A program made the position numbers and the translations under genes. DNA of 63,803 nt, the filler included, from Chrysochromulina tobinii (lineage: Eukaryota), in the NCBI GenBank assembly GCA_001275005.1. It is 7 parts of 7 records of this genome, joined end to end, with 100 filler letters (N's around TTAATTAATTAA, not from the genome) between each part and the next. Parts side by side here need not be neighbours in the genome. Positions count along the whole stretch, not along the records: positions 34,652 to 55,973 come from JWZX01000076.1; 6 more parts are not named here. The stretch is one strand, 5' to 3'. Shown here piece after piece: positions 43,880-53,928 of this stretch (position 1 is its first letter; each line of letters opens with the position of its first letter). Below the pieces are notes generated by a model that saw nothing but the letters and a program-made list of their open reading frames with translations, did not search any database and was not told the DNA's origin.

Positions 43880-46685
43880 TCAAAAGACCGAAAACAAGAA
43901 GCGGGTGTCAGGTAGTGGCTGGATGAAGTCCGTCAGATGCACGAACTCGCGAAGTTCGGCGTCGTCCTCCTTGAAGGCGACGAGCTCCTGATCCCAACGC
44001 CGTCGCCACATCGCGGCTGGCTCCGCCGCCGCTCCCGCCGGGCACGGTGCCGTGCAGTGTGCCCCCGCAAGCCGCCCATCCACCACGCGCGCCGACTCGA
44101 GCGCGGCCTGGGCCAGCGCGCCAGTCTGCCGTTGCGCCGCCGCCGTCGGCTGGAGCGGCTCCCAGCACGTCTCCCAGCATGGAAGTGGCACTTTGCTGCC
44201 CGGCCTCGTATAGTCGCTCACCGGCCGATTGGCGCCCGGGTCGGCGCTCCAGCGGCGCGTACACCGAAAGCGAAGCTCGTCGGGCCCGAACTGGGCCCAG
44301 AGCGGCCAGCAGCCGACGAGGTCGAATTCTGGCACCACGTCACCTGTGGGGAAGGGGGGGGCGTGGTGAGCACTTGCATGCAGAGCGGCCAGCAGCCGCC
44401 GAGGTCGAATGCTGGCACCACGTCACCTGAACAGTTCGCGCACGAGAGTCGCGCTCGCTCGTGCGGCTTATACCAGGACGCGAGCTCGTCCACGTCCCAG
44501 ATGAACCCGTTCGGTAGGGGGATCTTGTAATGGTGCGAGAGCTGCACGCCGACGGCGCCCGCTAGGGTCCTCGGATCGAGGCTCGCCTGTGCCTTCGATT
44601 GGAGTGCGAGGGCCGCTCCAGCTTGATTCAGTAGCTGGGCGCGGCGCACGAGGGATGCTCCAGCGGCCGCGACGCGCGCGTCGAAGGCCAAGCGGGCCGC
44701 CTGATAGAGGGGCTCATCGGTCTCCATGCGGGCACACAGCCGTTGGAGCACGGCATGCGGCGTCACCGCCCCACACGACTCCGGCTCGAACCACGCGTAT
44801 CTGGTCTGCTCTGGGGCAGGCACGCCGGGGATGTCGCACGGGCCGTACCTGTGGGGTGAGGGCGCCGTGCTGAGCACTTGCATGCGTGCAGGGATGTGGC
44901 ACGGGCCGTACCCAGCACAGTCCATCATGCCCGCAGGCCCTCGAGAGTCGCCCTGCCCGCGACGGCGCTTGAAGTCCGCCGCCGCCGATGCGGACTCATC
45001 CATCCTCTTACGGATGTACCTGCACGGCCATCAGAGGCAGTCAGAGAGGCCATCAAGAGAGAGGCCATCAAGAGAGAGGCCATCAAGAGAGAGGCCATCA
45101 AGAGAGAGGCCATCCGAGAGGCCATCTAGAGAGCGACCAGAGAAGCCATCCGAAGGGCCATCTAGAGAGCGACCAGAGAGGCCATCCGAGAGGCCATCTA
45201 GAGAGCGACCAGAGAAGCATTCTCAGACCATCTCAGAGAGGCATTCCGAGAGGCCATCCGTGACCATCAGCGGCACTCTGCGGCACGCACTTGAGAAGCG
45301 CTTCTGGCGGATCGGCGGTGAGCGAGGCACAGCTGCGCTGTGTCCATCGGATGGCCGCGTCGCGCGCCGCCTCGGTTTGTGCTGTGGAGAGCTGGCTTCG
45401 ATACGCGGGCACCTGTCATGCGACCATCAGACCAAAGGTCAGCTATAAAGTCGGAGATGCGATTGGAGATGCGATTGGAGATGCGATTGGAGATGCGACT
45501 GGAGGCACTCAGACACTCCGGAGAGCTGTCGTGCGTTGTGGTGGGCACGGGCGTTGTGGCGGGCACGGGCGTTGTGGCGGGCACGGGCGTTGTGGCGGGC
45601 ACCTGGAGGCCCACGAGGTCCGTCAGCAGGATCAGGAATTCGTCAAAGCGCTCAGTGACGCCCACGAGGTCGAAAGCGGCCCACATGCGTGCGAGGGCCT
45701 GGTGGTGTGGTTCGCGTAACGGCTGAACGCCCGGACCGCCGTGGCAGGCGAGAGCCATCGCCATACGCGACTGGCAGTCGAAGGGGCTGTTCCAAAAGCA
45801 GAGCGGCACGCGCTCGTTGACGAAATGGTGGTGCCACGAGATGTGGGCCATGAGCGGATGGCGGAGCAGCGTGACGAGATTGCACCGGCAGCCGGCGCCG
45901 CGCAGCTTCGCCCGCAGCAGCAACAGGTCGGGCAACGTGTACTTGAGGAACTGCTCGTAACCACCGCCACCGATATGTATCTCGACGGCGAGACGCATGC
46001 CGGAGAGTCCGCCGGGCTGTCGCAGCAGCGTATCGAGCCGGTGCGTCACCATCTGGAACTGCACCTTGTTGTACCGGTTCACAAACGAGAAGAAGTCGAA
46101 GAGGCCGAGCTGCGCATGACGCTGGAAGATTGAGCGGAGCGTCGTGCCCGCTGTCTTCTCGAGATGGTGGAAGAAGACGACGGAGCAGTTGGGGAGCGGC
46201 TGCACAACCACGGCATCGGGCGGCGCTGCTGTGGGTGCCGCTGTGGGTGCTGCTGTGGACGCTGCTGCGGCCGCGGCTGCCTCGGCCTTCTCAATCGCCT
46301 CGCGCGCCTTGAGGGCTTCCACCGCCTCACGCTGCTTCCGCGCCTTCTTTGCCGCCTTCTCAGCCGCTCGCCGCTCGGCCCCAAAGCGCGCCTTCTTCGT
46401 CGCCATCTCCGCGAGCCTCTCAGCCTCGCGACGTGATCTTTTCTCCGCCTCGAGAGATTCCTCCAGCGAGCTCAGGCGCTCGTTGAGCTCCTTGGCCTCT
46501 ACGAGCAACGAACTGCCACCACGCAAAGGAGCCACACTCGCCGAAGTTGTTGGCTGCATAAAGCACAGATACGCGACGATGACCACCCCAAGGAGCATGG
46601 CGACTGCTGCACCGTTGCTGCGCGTCTTGGACGAGCTGGCGGAAGCCAGGCCGGCTCGCTGAACTACTAAATCGCGCGGTTGCAT
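43880..46685 (-). CDS. Type II membrane sulfotransferase-like protein; exons 46685-45603, 45412-45291, 45019-44912, 44848-44427, 44343-43880
   Basis: N-terminal TM and stem, PAPS-binding-like FHHLEKTAGTT, VTLLRHP and FDLVGVTERFDE. Four GT-AG introns give one continuous frame. Confidence 0.8.
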
Positions 46686-46864
46686 TTCCCGCGGGGCTCC
46701 GCGGAATCGGCGCCGTAGTGGGCAAAACTTCGGCGCCACCCGCAGGCTCGGGCACCCTTTTGCTTTGGCTTCGAGGGAGTTTGTCCTTTCAATGTTTATA
46801 TAAGACTTGACTTGACTTCCTTTCACAGCAGGGCGACGTCGCCGCGACGAGAAATCGTCGCGAA

Positions 46865-48277
46865 ATGGACGACTTGCTGCTGTGCTCGACGCCCTTAGCG
46901 ACCGCATCGCTGCTCGACGCGCGAACGGGTGCGACTTTGCAGACGCTCAAGGACTGCCGACCCACAGCACGTGGCCTATGCTCCACCAGCGGCTTTGTGC
47001 TGACCGTCGAGCGGGCGCGCTCGTTTGTGCACATTTGGAGCTGGCGCAAGGAGCAGCCGCGCTTCCGCTGCCAGGCGCCGGAGAAATTGACGTGCGTGAC
47101 GTGCACGTCCGACGGTGCGCACGCTGTCGCTGGCGGCATGTCCGGCAAGCTTTACTTGTGGCAGGTCGCCTCCGGGCGGCTGCTGCTGGCCTGGGATGCA
47201 CATTTCAAGCCCGTCACAGTGCTCGACTTCGCTTTGGCCGATGGGTTCCTGCTGAGCGCGGGCGAGGACGCGATCCTGCTCGCGTGGAACATGGCGAACC
47301 TGCTGAATGCGGCGCGCACCCGGCAGGACGGGTTGACGCCCTTCCGCACGTGGAGCGAGCACATGCTCCCGATCGGTGCGCTGTGTGTGGCGCCCTGTGC
47401 GCAGCATGATCTGATCGCGTCGGCGTCGGCGGACCAGACGGTGCGGGTGTGGCGGCTCTCCGACTCGGCGCGCACGTGCGTACACCACGCCACCTTCCCC
47501 ACCGCGCTCACCGCCGTGGGCGCCCACCCGGGCCACACGAGCCTCTACGCCGGTGGCGCGGACGGCCGCATCTATCCAATGCCGCTGCTTGCAGAGACGG
47601 CGGCGGCGGTGACCGCGCGGGCGGGCAGCGCGCGCACGAGCACGGCGCACACGGGCGCGGTGCGCGCGCTCTGCGTCTCCCTCGACGGCGCGCGACTCTT
47701 TTCGTGCGGCAGCGAGCCTGGCCTGCGCGTGTGGGACACGGCCACTCTCGCACTGCTCTCCGTGCTACAGCCCTCGATGACCATCGAGACGATGATCGTG
47801 CTGCGATCTCGCCCTGACGAGCTCACGAGCGCAGGCGGCGGCGGCGGCACGCTCGATGAGGCCGCGGCCGGCGCCGCGGGTGCGTCCGGTGCTTCTGGCG
47901 CAGGCGGCTTGACGTACGGCTCGACGGGCTCGCTCCTCGCTCCCTTCAAAAAGTTTGCCGAGGCGGCGGGGGAGGCGGATGCCACCGAAGCGACCCCTCG
48001 CCACATGGGCTGTGTGCCCTGTGCCCTTCCCTTGGACGCTAGCGCCGCAACGTGGCTCGCGCCGACGGCCGATGACGAGCTGCCCTTGCTGGCGACCTTG
48101 CCGGCTGGCTGGCGCGTCGAGACGGGCGCGCTTGTGTCGGCGGGATTGGGCGATGGTGGGCGCATGGCAGCAGCTGAGGCCACCATTCGCCAGCTGCGTG
48201 GACAGCTGGCGCAGCTGCAGGAGGTCAATCGCGAGCTGTATGCCATCGCGGCGGACGCTACGATTGGTATGGCATGA
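46865..48277 (+). CDS. WDR18: WD40 protein WDR18/Ipi3 (rixosome)
   Basis: GGMSGKLYLWQVASGRLL..WDAHFKPVT, WSEHMLPI and a C-terminal coiled coil ending VNRELY. Confidence 0.88.
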   Translation: MDDLLLCSTPLATASLLDARTGATLQTLKDCRPTARGLCSTSGFVLTVERARSFVHIWSWRKEQPRFRCQAPEKLTCVTCTSDGAHAVAGGMSGKLYLWQVASGRLLLAWDAHFKPVTVLDFALADGFLLSAGEDAILLAWNMANLLNAARTRQDGLTPFRTWSEHMLPIGALCVAPCAQHDLIASASADQTVRVWRLSDSARTCVHHATFPTALTAVGAHPGHTSLYAGGADGRIYPMPLLAETAAAVTARAGSARTSTAHTGAVRALCVSLDGARLFSCGSEPGLRVWDTATLALLSVLQPSMTIETMIVLRSRPDELTSAGGGGGTLDEAAAGAAGASGASGAGGLTYGSTGSLLAPFKKFAEAAGEADATEATPRHMGCVPCALPLDASAATWLAPTADDELPLLATLPAGWRVETGALVSAGLGDGGRMAAAEATIRQLRGQLAQLQEVNRELYAIAADATIGMA

Positions 48278-48388
48278 AGGCTTTAATTCGCGTTCACAGA
48301 GATGAGAACTGCCATGAGAAAGTGATTGCGTTCCACACAAAAACCGTCCGCGAAGTGCGAAGTCAAATCTGGGCCGGCGCCCCGATCG

Positions 48389-49219
48389 ATGTACGTCCGA
48401 TCGCTCAGTGCAGTGCGAGCAGTCTCAATTTTGCCCCTCTACAGCTGCGATAAGCATGCGCTGTCGTTCAGCGGCGGCGGACTGCTTGCGGCAGCATATC
48501 ACCTCGGCGCGTTCCGTGCGCTCAGCCAGCCCAACGCGCGAGACTCGACGTCCCTCCTGGATCCGATCCGTTCGCCCATGGTCGGCGTCAGCGCGGGAGC
48601 GCTTGTGGCTTCCGTAATGAGCGCCAACGCGCACTGGGACGATTGCGTTGCCTCCCTCGATCGAATCATCAACCAGGTGCGATCGGCGTCCGGGCCCCTT
48701 GGATGCGACATCCTTAAGCTGGTCAAGCCGCATCTACAGGTGCTGCTTCCCATGGATGCGCACGAGCGCTTGCAGGCCCGGGGCACCACCATCTTTGTGA
48801 CCGACGTCTCCTCGCGCCCGTGGCTGCCCGTGGCCCACACGGAGTGGAAGTCGCGTGATGACCTCATCGACTGCATCCTTATCTCGTCGTACATCCCCGG
48901 AATCACGTCGCGCAAATCCCCTGGCGACGGCCGGCACATCGACGGCGGCCTGCGCAACAACTTTCCCATGCACCCGACCGCGCCGCGGACGGTACGCGTG
49001 AGTCCGTTCAGTGGGGAACTTGACATCTGCCCTGAGCTCCGACCTGGCTACCGAAGCCCGCGCCTGGTGCTGATGCCGTCCAAGGTGCGCCTGCACATGT
49101 CTCGGGACAATGCGAGCGCGGTGCTGCGCACGCTCTTCCCGCCCGCAGACGACGGGTGGCTGCAGAAGACGCTCGCGCGCGGCTTTGACGATGCGTGCAG
49201 GTGGTTGAGGAGTCAGTAA
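48389..49219 (+). CDS. Patatin-like phospholipase (PNPLA-type)
   Basis: LSFSGGG..YHLG, GVSAG nucleophile elbow, DGG and VSPFSGELDICP. Confidence 0.9.
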   Translation: MYVRSLSAVRAVSILPLYSCDKHALSFSGGGLLAAAYHLGAFRALSQPNARDSTSLLDPIRSPMVGVSAGALVASVMSANAHWDDCVASLDRIINQVRSASGPLGCDILKLVKPHLQVLLPMDAHERLQARGTTIFVTDVSSRPWLPVAHTEWKSRDDLIDCILISSYIPGITSRKSPGDGRHIDGGLRNNFPMHPTAPRTVRVSPFSGELDICPELRPGYRSPRLVLMPSKVRLHMSRDNASAVLRTLFPPADDGWLQKTLARGFDDACRWLRSQ

Positions 49220-49422
49220 CCAGCCTTCCGTGGGTGGTGAGGATGTGCGCCCCGTTCCTACCACATAACCAAAAACCAACAAGGGTTGAGATAGTAACAG
49301 CGACCAACGCTCTTCCCCCTTGTGTTCAGAGAACGCTCATTACGGCGCTTGAGAAAAGTTGACATTTCCAGGAAACGGGACTCCTGGGCGCCGCGCACGG
49401 AGTGCGAGCGGCCGGAAGCACA

Positions 49423-51447
49423 ATGTGGCTGCTGCGCGGCGCCCGCGCCCGCACCCGGCCGCTGCTCGGAGCAGGCGGTGCGTTCTTGGCCTACCACGGC
49501 CACTCGGCGCAGAGTGATCCGGCGCCCAACGGCATCACGCCATCGGTGCATGCCGAGCTCGAGAAGCTCAGGCCATTAGAGGCAGCGTTTCGGCGCAAGT
49601 GGTTGGAGGACGAGAGCGGTTGGCACAAGCTGCCGCCTCGCGCCTGGCCGCTCACTCAGCCCAAACACGACGAGCTCGACGAGCTGAAGCGGCGGGCGGA
49701 AACAGAGGGCACCGAGAAGGTGCGCTTCGATTTGGCGACCTGCCTGACCTTTAACGGCATCGACCCGGTCGACGGCTTGCGACGCTACAAGGAGCTAGCG
49801 GCGGGTGGCAACCTGGATGCTACGGTGGCTGTAGCGACTGTGCTACTCGAGGGCATCGGGCGCAACCAGGATGATGCCGACGTGGCCGAGGGCGTTCGGC
49901 TGCTGCGAGACGCTAGCGACAAAGGGCACGTGCAGGCCCACTACGAGCTCGGGACCTTGCACTACCTGGGCTCGCACCCGAAGCACGTGCCCGAGGACGA
50001 GGCCCGCGCGTTCCACTACTTTGAGCGCGCGGCCGCGCAGCAGCACACCTCGGCGCTCTTCATGCTTGCTGAATTTCTCATCGAAGGCAATGGTTGCACT
50101 GCGGACGAGGCGAGAGCCGTGCCACTGCTGCACGCGGCGGCGGAGCGAGGCCATCGCATGGCTCGCCAGTACATCCGCGATTACCTCGACCTCGACGCGC
50201 GCCAGAACGCGGCCACCGCCTCTGTGAGCGTCCGAGCGCGTGCGCAGGTTCATGCGGAGCGACTGCCATCGCTGCCCTCGGGGGGGTCGGAACACTTTTG
50301 CATCTTCCGCGGCAGCACTGGGGAGAAGGCAAGCGCGTTCGCGCACTGACGAAATGCGACTGAGTACTCCCGAGTGCCACTGATGGACCCTGATGGACCC
50401 TGATGGACCCTGATGTGCGATCCATATTTGGCAGGCGAGCTTCGACGAGATGCTGGCCGAGGCGGCGGAGAGCGATGTGGTGCTGCTGGGCGAGTGCCAC
50501 GACGATCCGATCGCCCATTCCATCGAGGCATTCGTCCTCATCTCCCTCGCTGCGCGCCGCGACAAGTGCGGACTCTCCCTCGAGATGTTTGAACGTGACG
50601 TGCAGCCGGTGCTCGACGAGTATCTAGCGGGGCTGGTGCGTGAGGCTGATCTGCTCCAGGACGCGCGCCCGTGGGCCAACTACCGCGACGACTACCGCGT
50701 GCTCATTGAGTTTGCAAAGGAGGTCGGGCTGCCGGTAATCGCCGCCAACGCGCCGCGTCGGTACGTGGGCGCCGTCGGGCGACGTGCCGGTGTGCTCGAG
50801 CAGGCTGGGTGGCCGTTGGAAGTGGCCACGTGGCTGCCGCCGCTGCCGTTGCCCAAGCCGTCGGCCGCATACCTCGAGCACCTGCACAATGACCCGGCCG
50901 TCGTGCGTGGCGACCAGATTGGCCTTGATGACGAATTTGGGTTGACGAACCACGGCGGAACGGCCGATTCGACGGTGCCGGGGCAGTGCCCATACATAGG
51001 GCTGCAGGCACGCGACGGGCTACTCGAGCCGATGCTGCTCTGGGACGCGACGATGGCGCACGCGCTTGTGCGCTCGCTCGAGGCGGAGCCTGATCGGCTG
51101 CTCGTACACGTGTGTGCCCCCCTCCTACCCCCTCCCTCCCCAATGGCGAGAGTCTGAGTACCAATGAGACGACCACTGATAAGTACCGCTGTGGAACTCG
51201 ATGGATCCTGATTGAGCCTGTCTCGTTCCCTTGTGAGCAGGTGTGTGGCTCGTTCCACTGTGAGAAGCGGCTGGGCATCGTCGAGTGGGTAGAGGCGCTG
51301 CGCGCCACGCCGACCAAGCAGCTCGTGATCACAATGTACCCCGAGAAGGACTGTCACCAATTTGTGCCCAGCCGGCACGCAGGCAGGGGCGACTTTGTGG
51401 TGCTCACCGACGGTGGCGTCAAGCGCTCGCACGATTACATGGCGTAG
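49423..51447 (+). CDS. SEL1-repeat / ChaN (haem-uptake, Tiki-fold) fusion; exons 49423-50328, 50435-51109, 51241-51447
   Basis: SEL1 repeats (AHYELGTLHYLG; ALFMLAEFL.EGNG) and ChaN motifs DVVLLGECHDD, LSLEMF, IAANAPR, WDATMA, VH|VCGSFH. The join requires a GC-AG intron at 50329-50434. Confidence 0.72.
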
Positions 51448-51924
51448 TCGTGCGCGTAGTAGAGCTTAACGGTGCAGAGTGTCCGCTGCCCGGATCACAG
51501 AGCGCGCGCAGACTCGTGATTTCACGGCACCCACAGTGGACGGGGATGGTGTCTTGGTGTTATTGATGGCTGAGTCGTGACGATTGAATGTCGATTCGGA
51601 CGGGCTTTTTGGTTACCGTGCGAGTTGCGAGGACGACCCGGGTTCGTGTAGAATCGTGTAGAGATATGATTTCAGAACTGAGTGATTCAAACGGCCCAAG
51701 GGGCGTAGGGGAGGGATTGATATCTGGATTTTCACACATTATTTCACATAAAAATCAAAATTAATTTCAATCTGAGTGTCCCCCTCGTCCAGAGTTCACC
51801 CTCGCGCCTGTGAACTGTGTGCTCCGTGACCTCTGTGTTCCTCTGTGCTGGGACACGCACGTGGGCTCGGGGAGCGCGGTCGAGACACGAGAGAGAATTG
51901 AATAGCCCGAGCGAGCGAGTACTC

Positions 51925-51994
51925 AGTACTTGTGTTGACCGAGGGGTGCGTAGCCGTCCCTTGGTGAGGGGGGGGACCCGCGACGAAACTGACT
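51925..51994 (+). repeat. Second copy of the dispersed ..GCGACGAAACTGACT repeat
   Basis: Alignable by eye to the reverse complement of 17702-17785. Confidence 0.7.
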
Positions 51995-52126
51995 TACAGA
52001 CTGAGAGTTCGACCAAAAATGGGAGAGGTCAGCGCTCCTTTTTGCGCCAATCACCACACTCTTTTCTCTGTACGTCCCGGTCGAACATCGGCATCTTTCG
52101 GCCACACTTCACACGATCCGACCGAC

Positions 52127-53452
52127 ATGCCGATCGGCCTCGAGCGGCCCGTTGGCACGACCGCGGGGGAGCAGAAGGCATCAGGCAAAGAGAAGCAGCA
52201 GAAAGCAAAGCGTCAGGATCTTGAAGCCCCATCTACATCGCCGTCCATCGATCAACGTTATTTGTTTTGCCGAACACACTTGTTCTGCACAGACACCAAC
52301 GGGAACGGCAAGGTCTCCGAGGTGGAGGCGCTCTGGTGTTTTGACTGCAACCGCGATAACAAGATTGGCACCTGGGAGAGGGTGCTATGCGTGTTCTCCT
52401 TCATTCTTGCCATTGCTAGCGTTGCCACAGGCGGCACGTTACTTGCCATGCACCTCAGCTCCTGTGTTGAAGTTGATGAACGAGGTCATTGCGTTCACAT
52501 CGACCCACCGTCCATGCAGCCACAGCCGCCACCGCCGCCACCGCCGCTGTCCCCGCCTGCACCGCCCTGGAGGCCGCCGCCACCGCCGCCGTCTCCGCCG
52601 TCGCCTCCGCCACTATTACCTCCGAAGCCACCATCGCCACCGTCTCCGCCTTCCCCGGCGGAACCGCCGCCACCTTCGACCCCACCGTCGCCACCGTTGC
52701 CACCTCCGCCGCCGTCGCCGTCGCCGCTGCCGCCACCGCCGCGCCAGCCGCCGCCGCTCCCGCCGCCACCCTTTTCGCCACTGCCGCTCGGCGTGACGAT
52801 CGAAAATTCGTTCTTCGTCGACTTGTCCATGAACATCTCGGGCACCATCGAAGACCTGACATCGGCCAAGCAGCAGCAGACGATCGATCTTCTCCTCTCC
52901 CTCGGCAGTCTGAGCACCAACCCTGAGCACCAGCCTACCATCCAGCTGACTCCTGGCAGTGTGCAGGTCCACTTCTCGGCGCCGGTGGCTACCGAGGCCG
53001 AGGCCGTAGCCGCGGCCTACACGCTCGGTGAGCACATGAGAACGTCAGCAGAGGCGACGGCGGCACTCGCACCAGTCATGCTGTACGTCGAGACGGCGCC
53101 CTTGATCGAGTTGCTAGTCGTGCCCATGGTCAAGCCACTCCCGCTGCCACCGACGCCACCGTGGCCGCCTGCGCCACCGCACCGCGCCGTGGTGGTCACC
53201 TCCATAGAACGTGACGATGGCCTCGCTGCTGGCTTCACACTCCTGGCAGTCGGCGCATGGATGGCCCTCATCACGTGGACCTTCGTGCGTGTCTTCCACA
53301 AGCGCCTCCTTTTCCTGATCTTCGCTAATAATGACGTACGCACCAACGACGCGTCACACGCGACCAAGGACGCCGAGGTCTCGCTCTCCAAGACGGCCAC
53401 GGTAACGACGACGACTCAGACGGCCACGGAGACGACGATTCAGATTGCCTGA
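52127..53452 (+). CDS. Two-TM proline-rich surface protein with N-terminal EF-hand-like loops
   Basis: DTNGNGKVSEVE and DCNRDNKIGTWE loops, a TM, an SP/PPP-rich linker, an SEA-like segment (GSVQVHF) and a second TM. Confidence 0.7.
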   Translation: MPIGLERPVGTTAGEQKASGKEKQQKAKRQDLEAPSTSPSIDQRYLFCRTHLFCTDTNGNGKVSEVEALWCFDCNRDNKIGTWERVLCVFSFILAIASVATGGTLLAMHLSSCVEVDERGHCVHIDPPSMQPQPPPPPPPLSPPAPPWRPPPPPPSPPSPPPLLPPKPPSPPSPPSPAEPPPPSTPPSPPLPPPPPSPSPLPPPPRQPPPLPPPPFSPLPLGVTIENSFFVDLSMNISGTIEDLTSAKQQQTIDLLLSLGSLSTNPEHQPTIQLTPGSVQVHFSAPVATEAEAVAAAYTLGEHMRTSAEATAALAPVMLYVETAPLIELLVVPMVKPLPLPPTPPWPPAPPHRAVVVTSIERDDGLAAGFTLLAVGAWMALITWTFVRVFHKRLLFLIFANNDVRTNDASHATKDAEVSLSKTATVTTTTQTATETTIQIA

Positions 53453-53928
53453 TGCGATGCGTGAGGGTCTGTGAGTGCCGTGGTAGCTGATGCAAAGGCG
53501 GGATGGGGGGGCAGAGACTCAGGCAGAGACCAGAGTGCGGCGCGGGAGTACGGGGGGCGACACCATGTCCGCGCAGTGCCGCCGGCCCGGCGATTTCTCG
53601 GGACGGTCGCGTTTGCGTGACGGGGAGCGTGGGGCGCGGCCCACCGCCGGCGGGCCGGACCCGGAGTGCGGCGGCGATAAGTTATCGCCGCGGATACCAC
53701 GCACGCCACTCCTCGTCCTCCGCGGCGCGGCGTGTTGTGAGAATCGTATGGTGGCGGGAGCCTGGTGTGTGGTGAGTAACTTTTTTCTGAACTATCAACT
53801 AATTTTCACTTTTCCGCTCGAGCGTCGTCTCTGTCGCGTCGCTTCGCCTTCTGCTCGTTGTGACATCTGACAATCGGCATACCAGAGAAGTCCCCCCCGG
53901 GAGATGGTGCTCACGCGCTGTGCACTAA

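Noticed and set aside
51955..51995. Hammerhead-like TGGTGAG...CGAAAC in the dispersed repeat
   Set aside because: The core deviates from CUGANGA at two positions and stems I/III are not evident. A retroposon tail is a simpler explanation.
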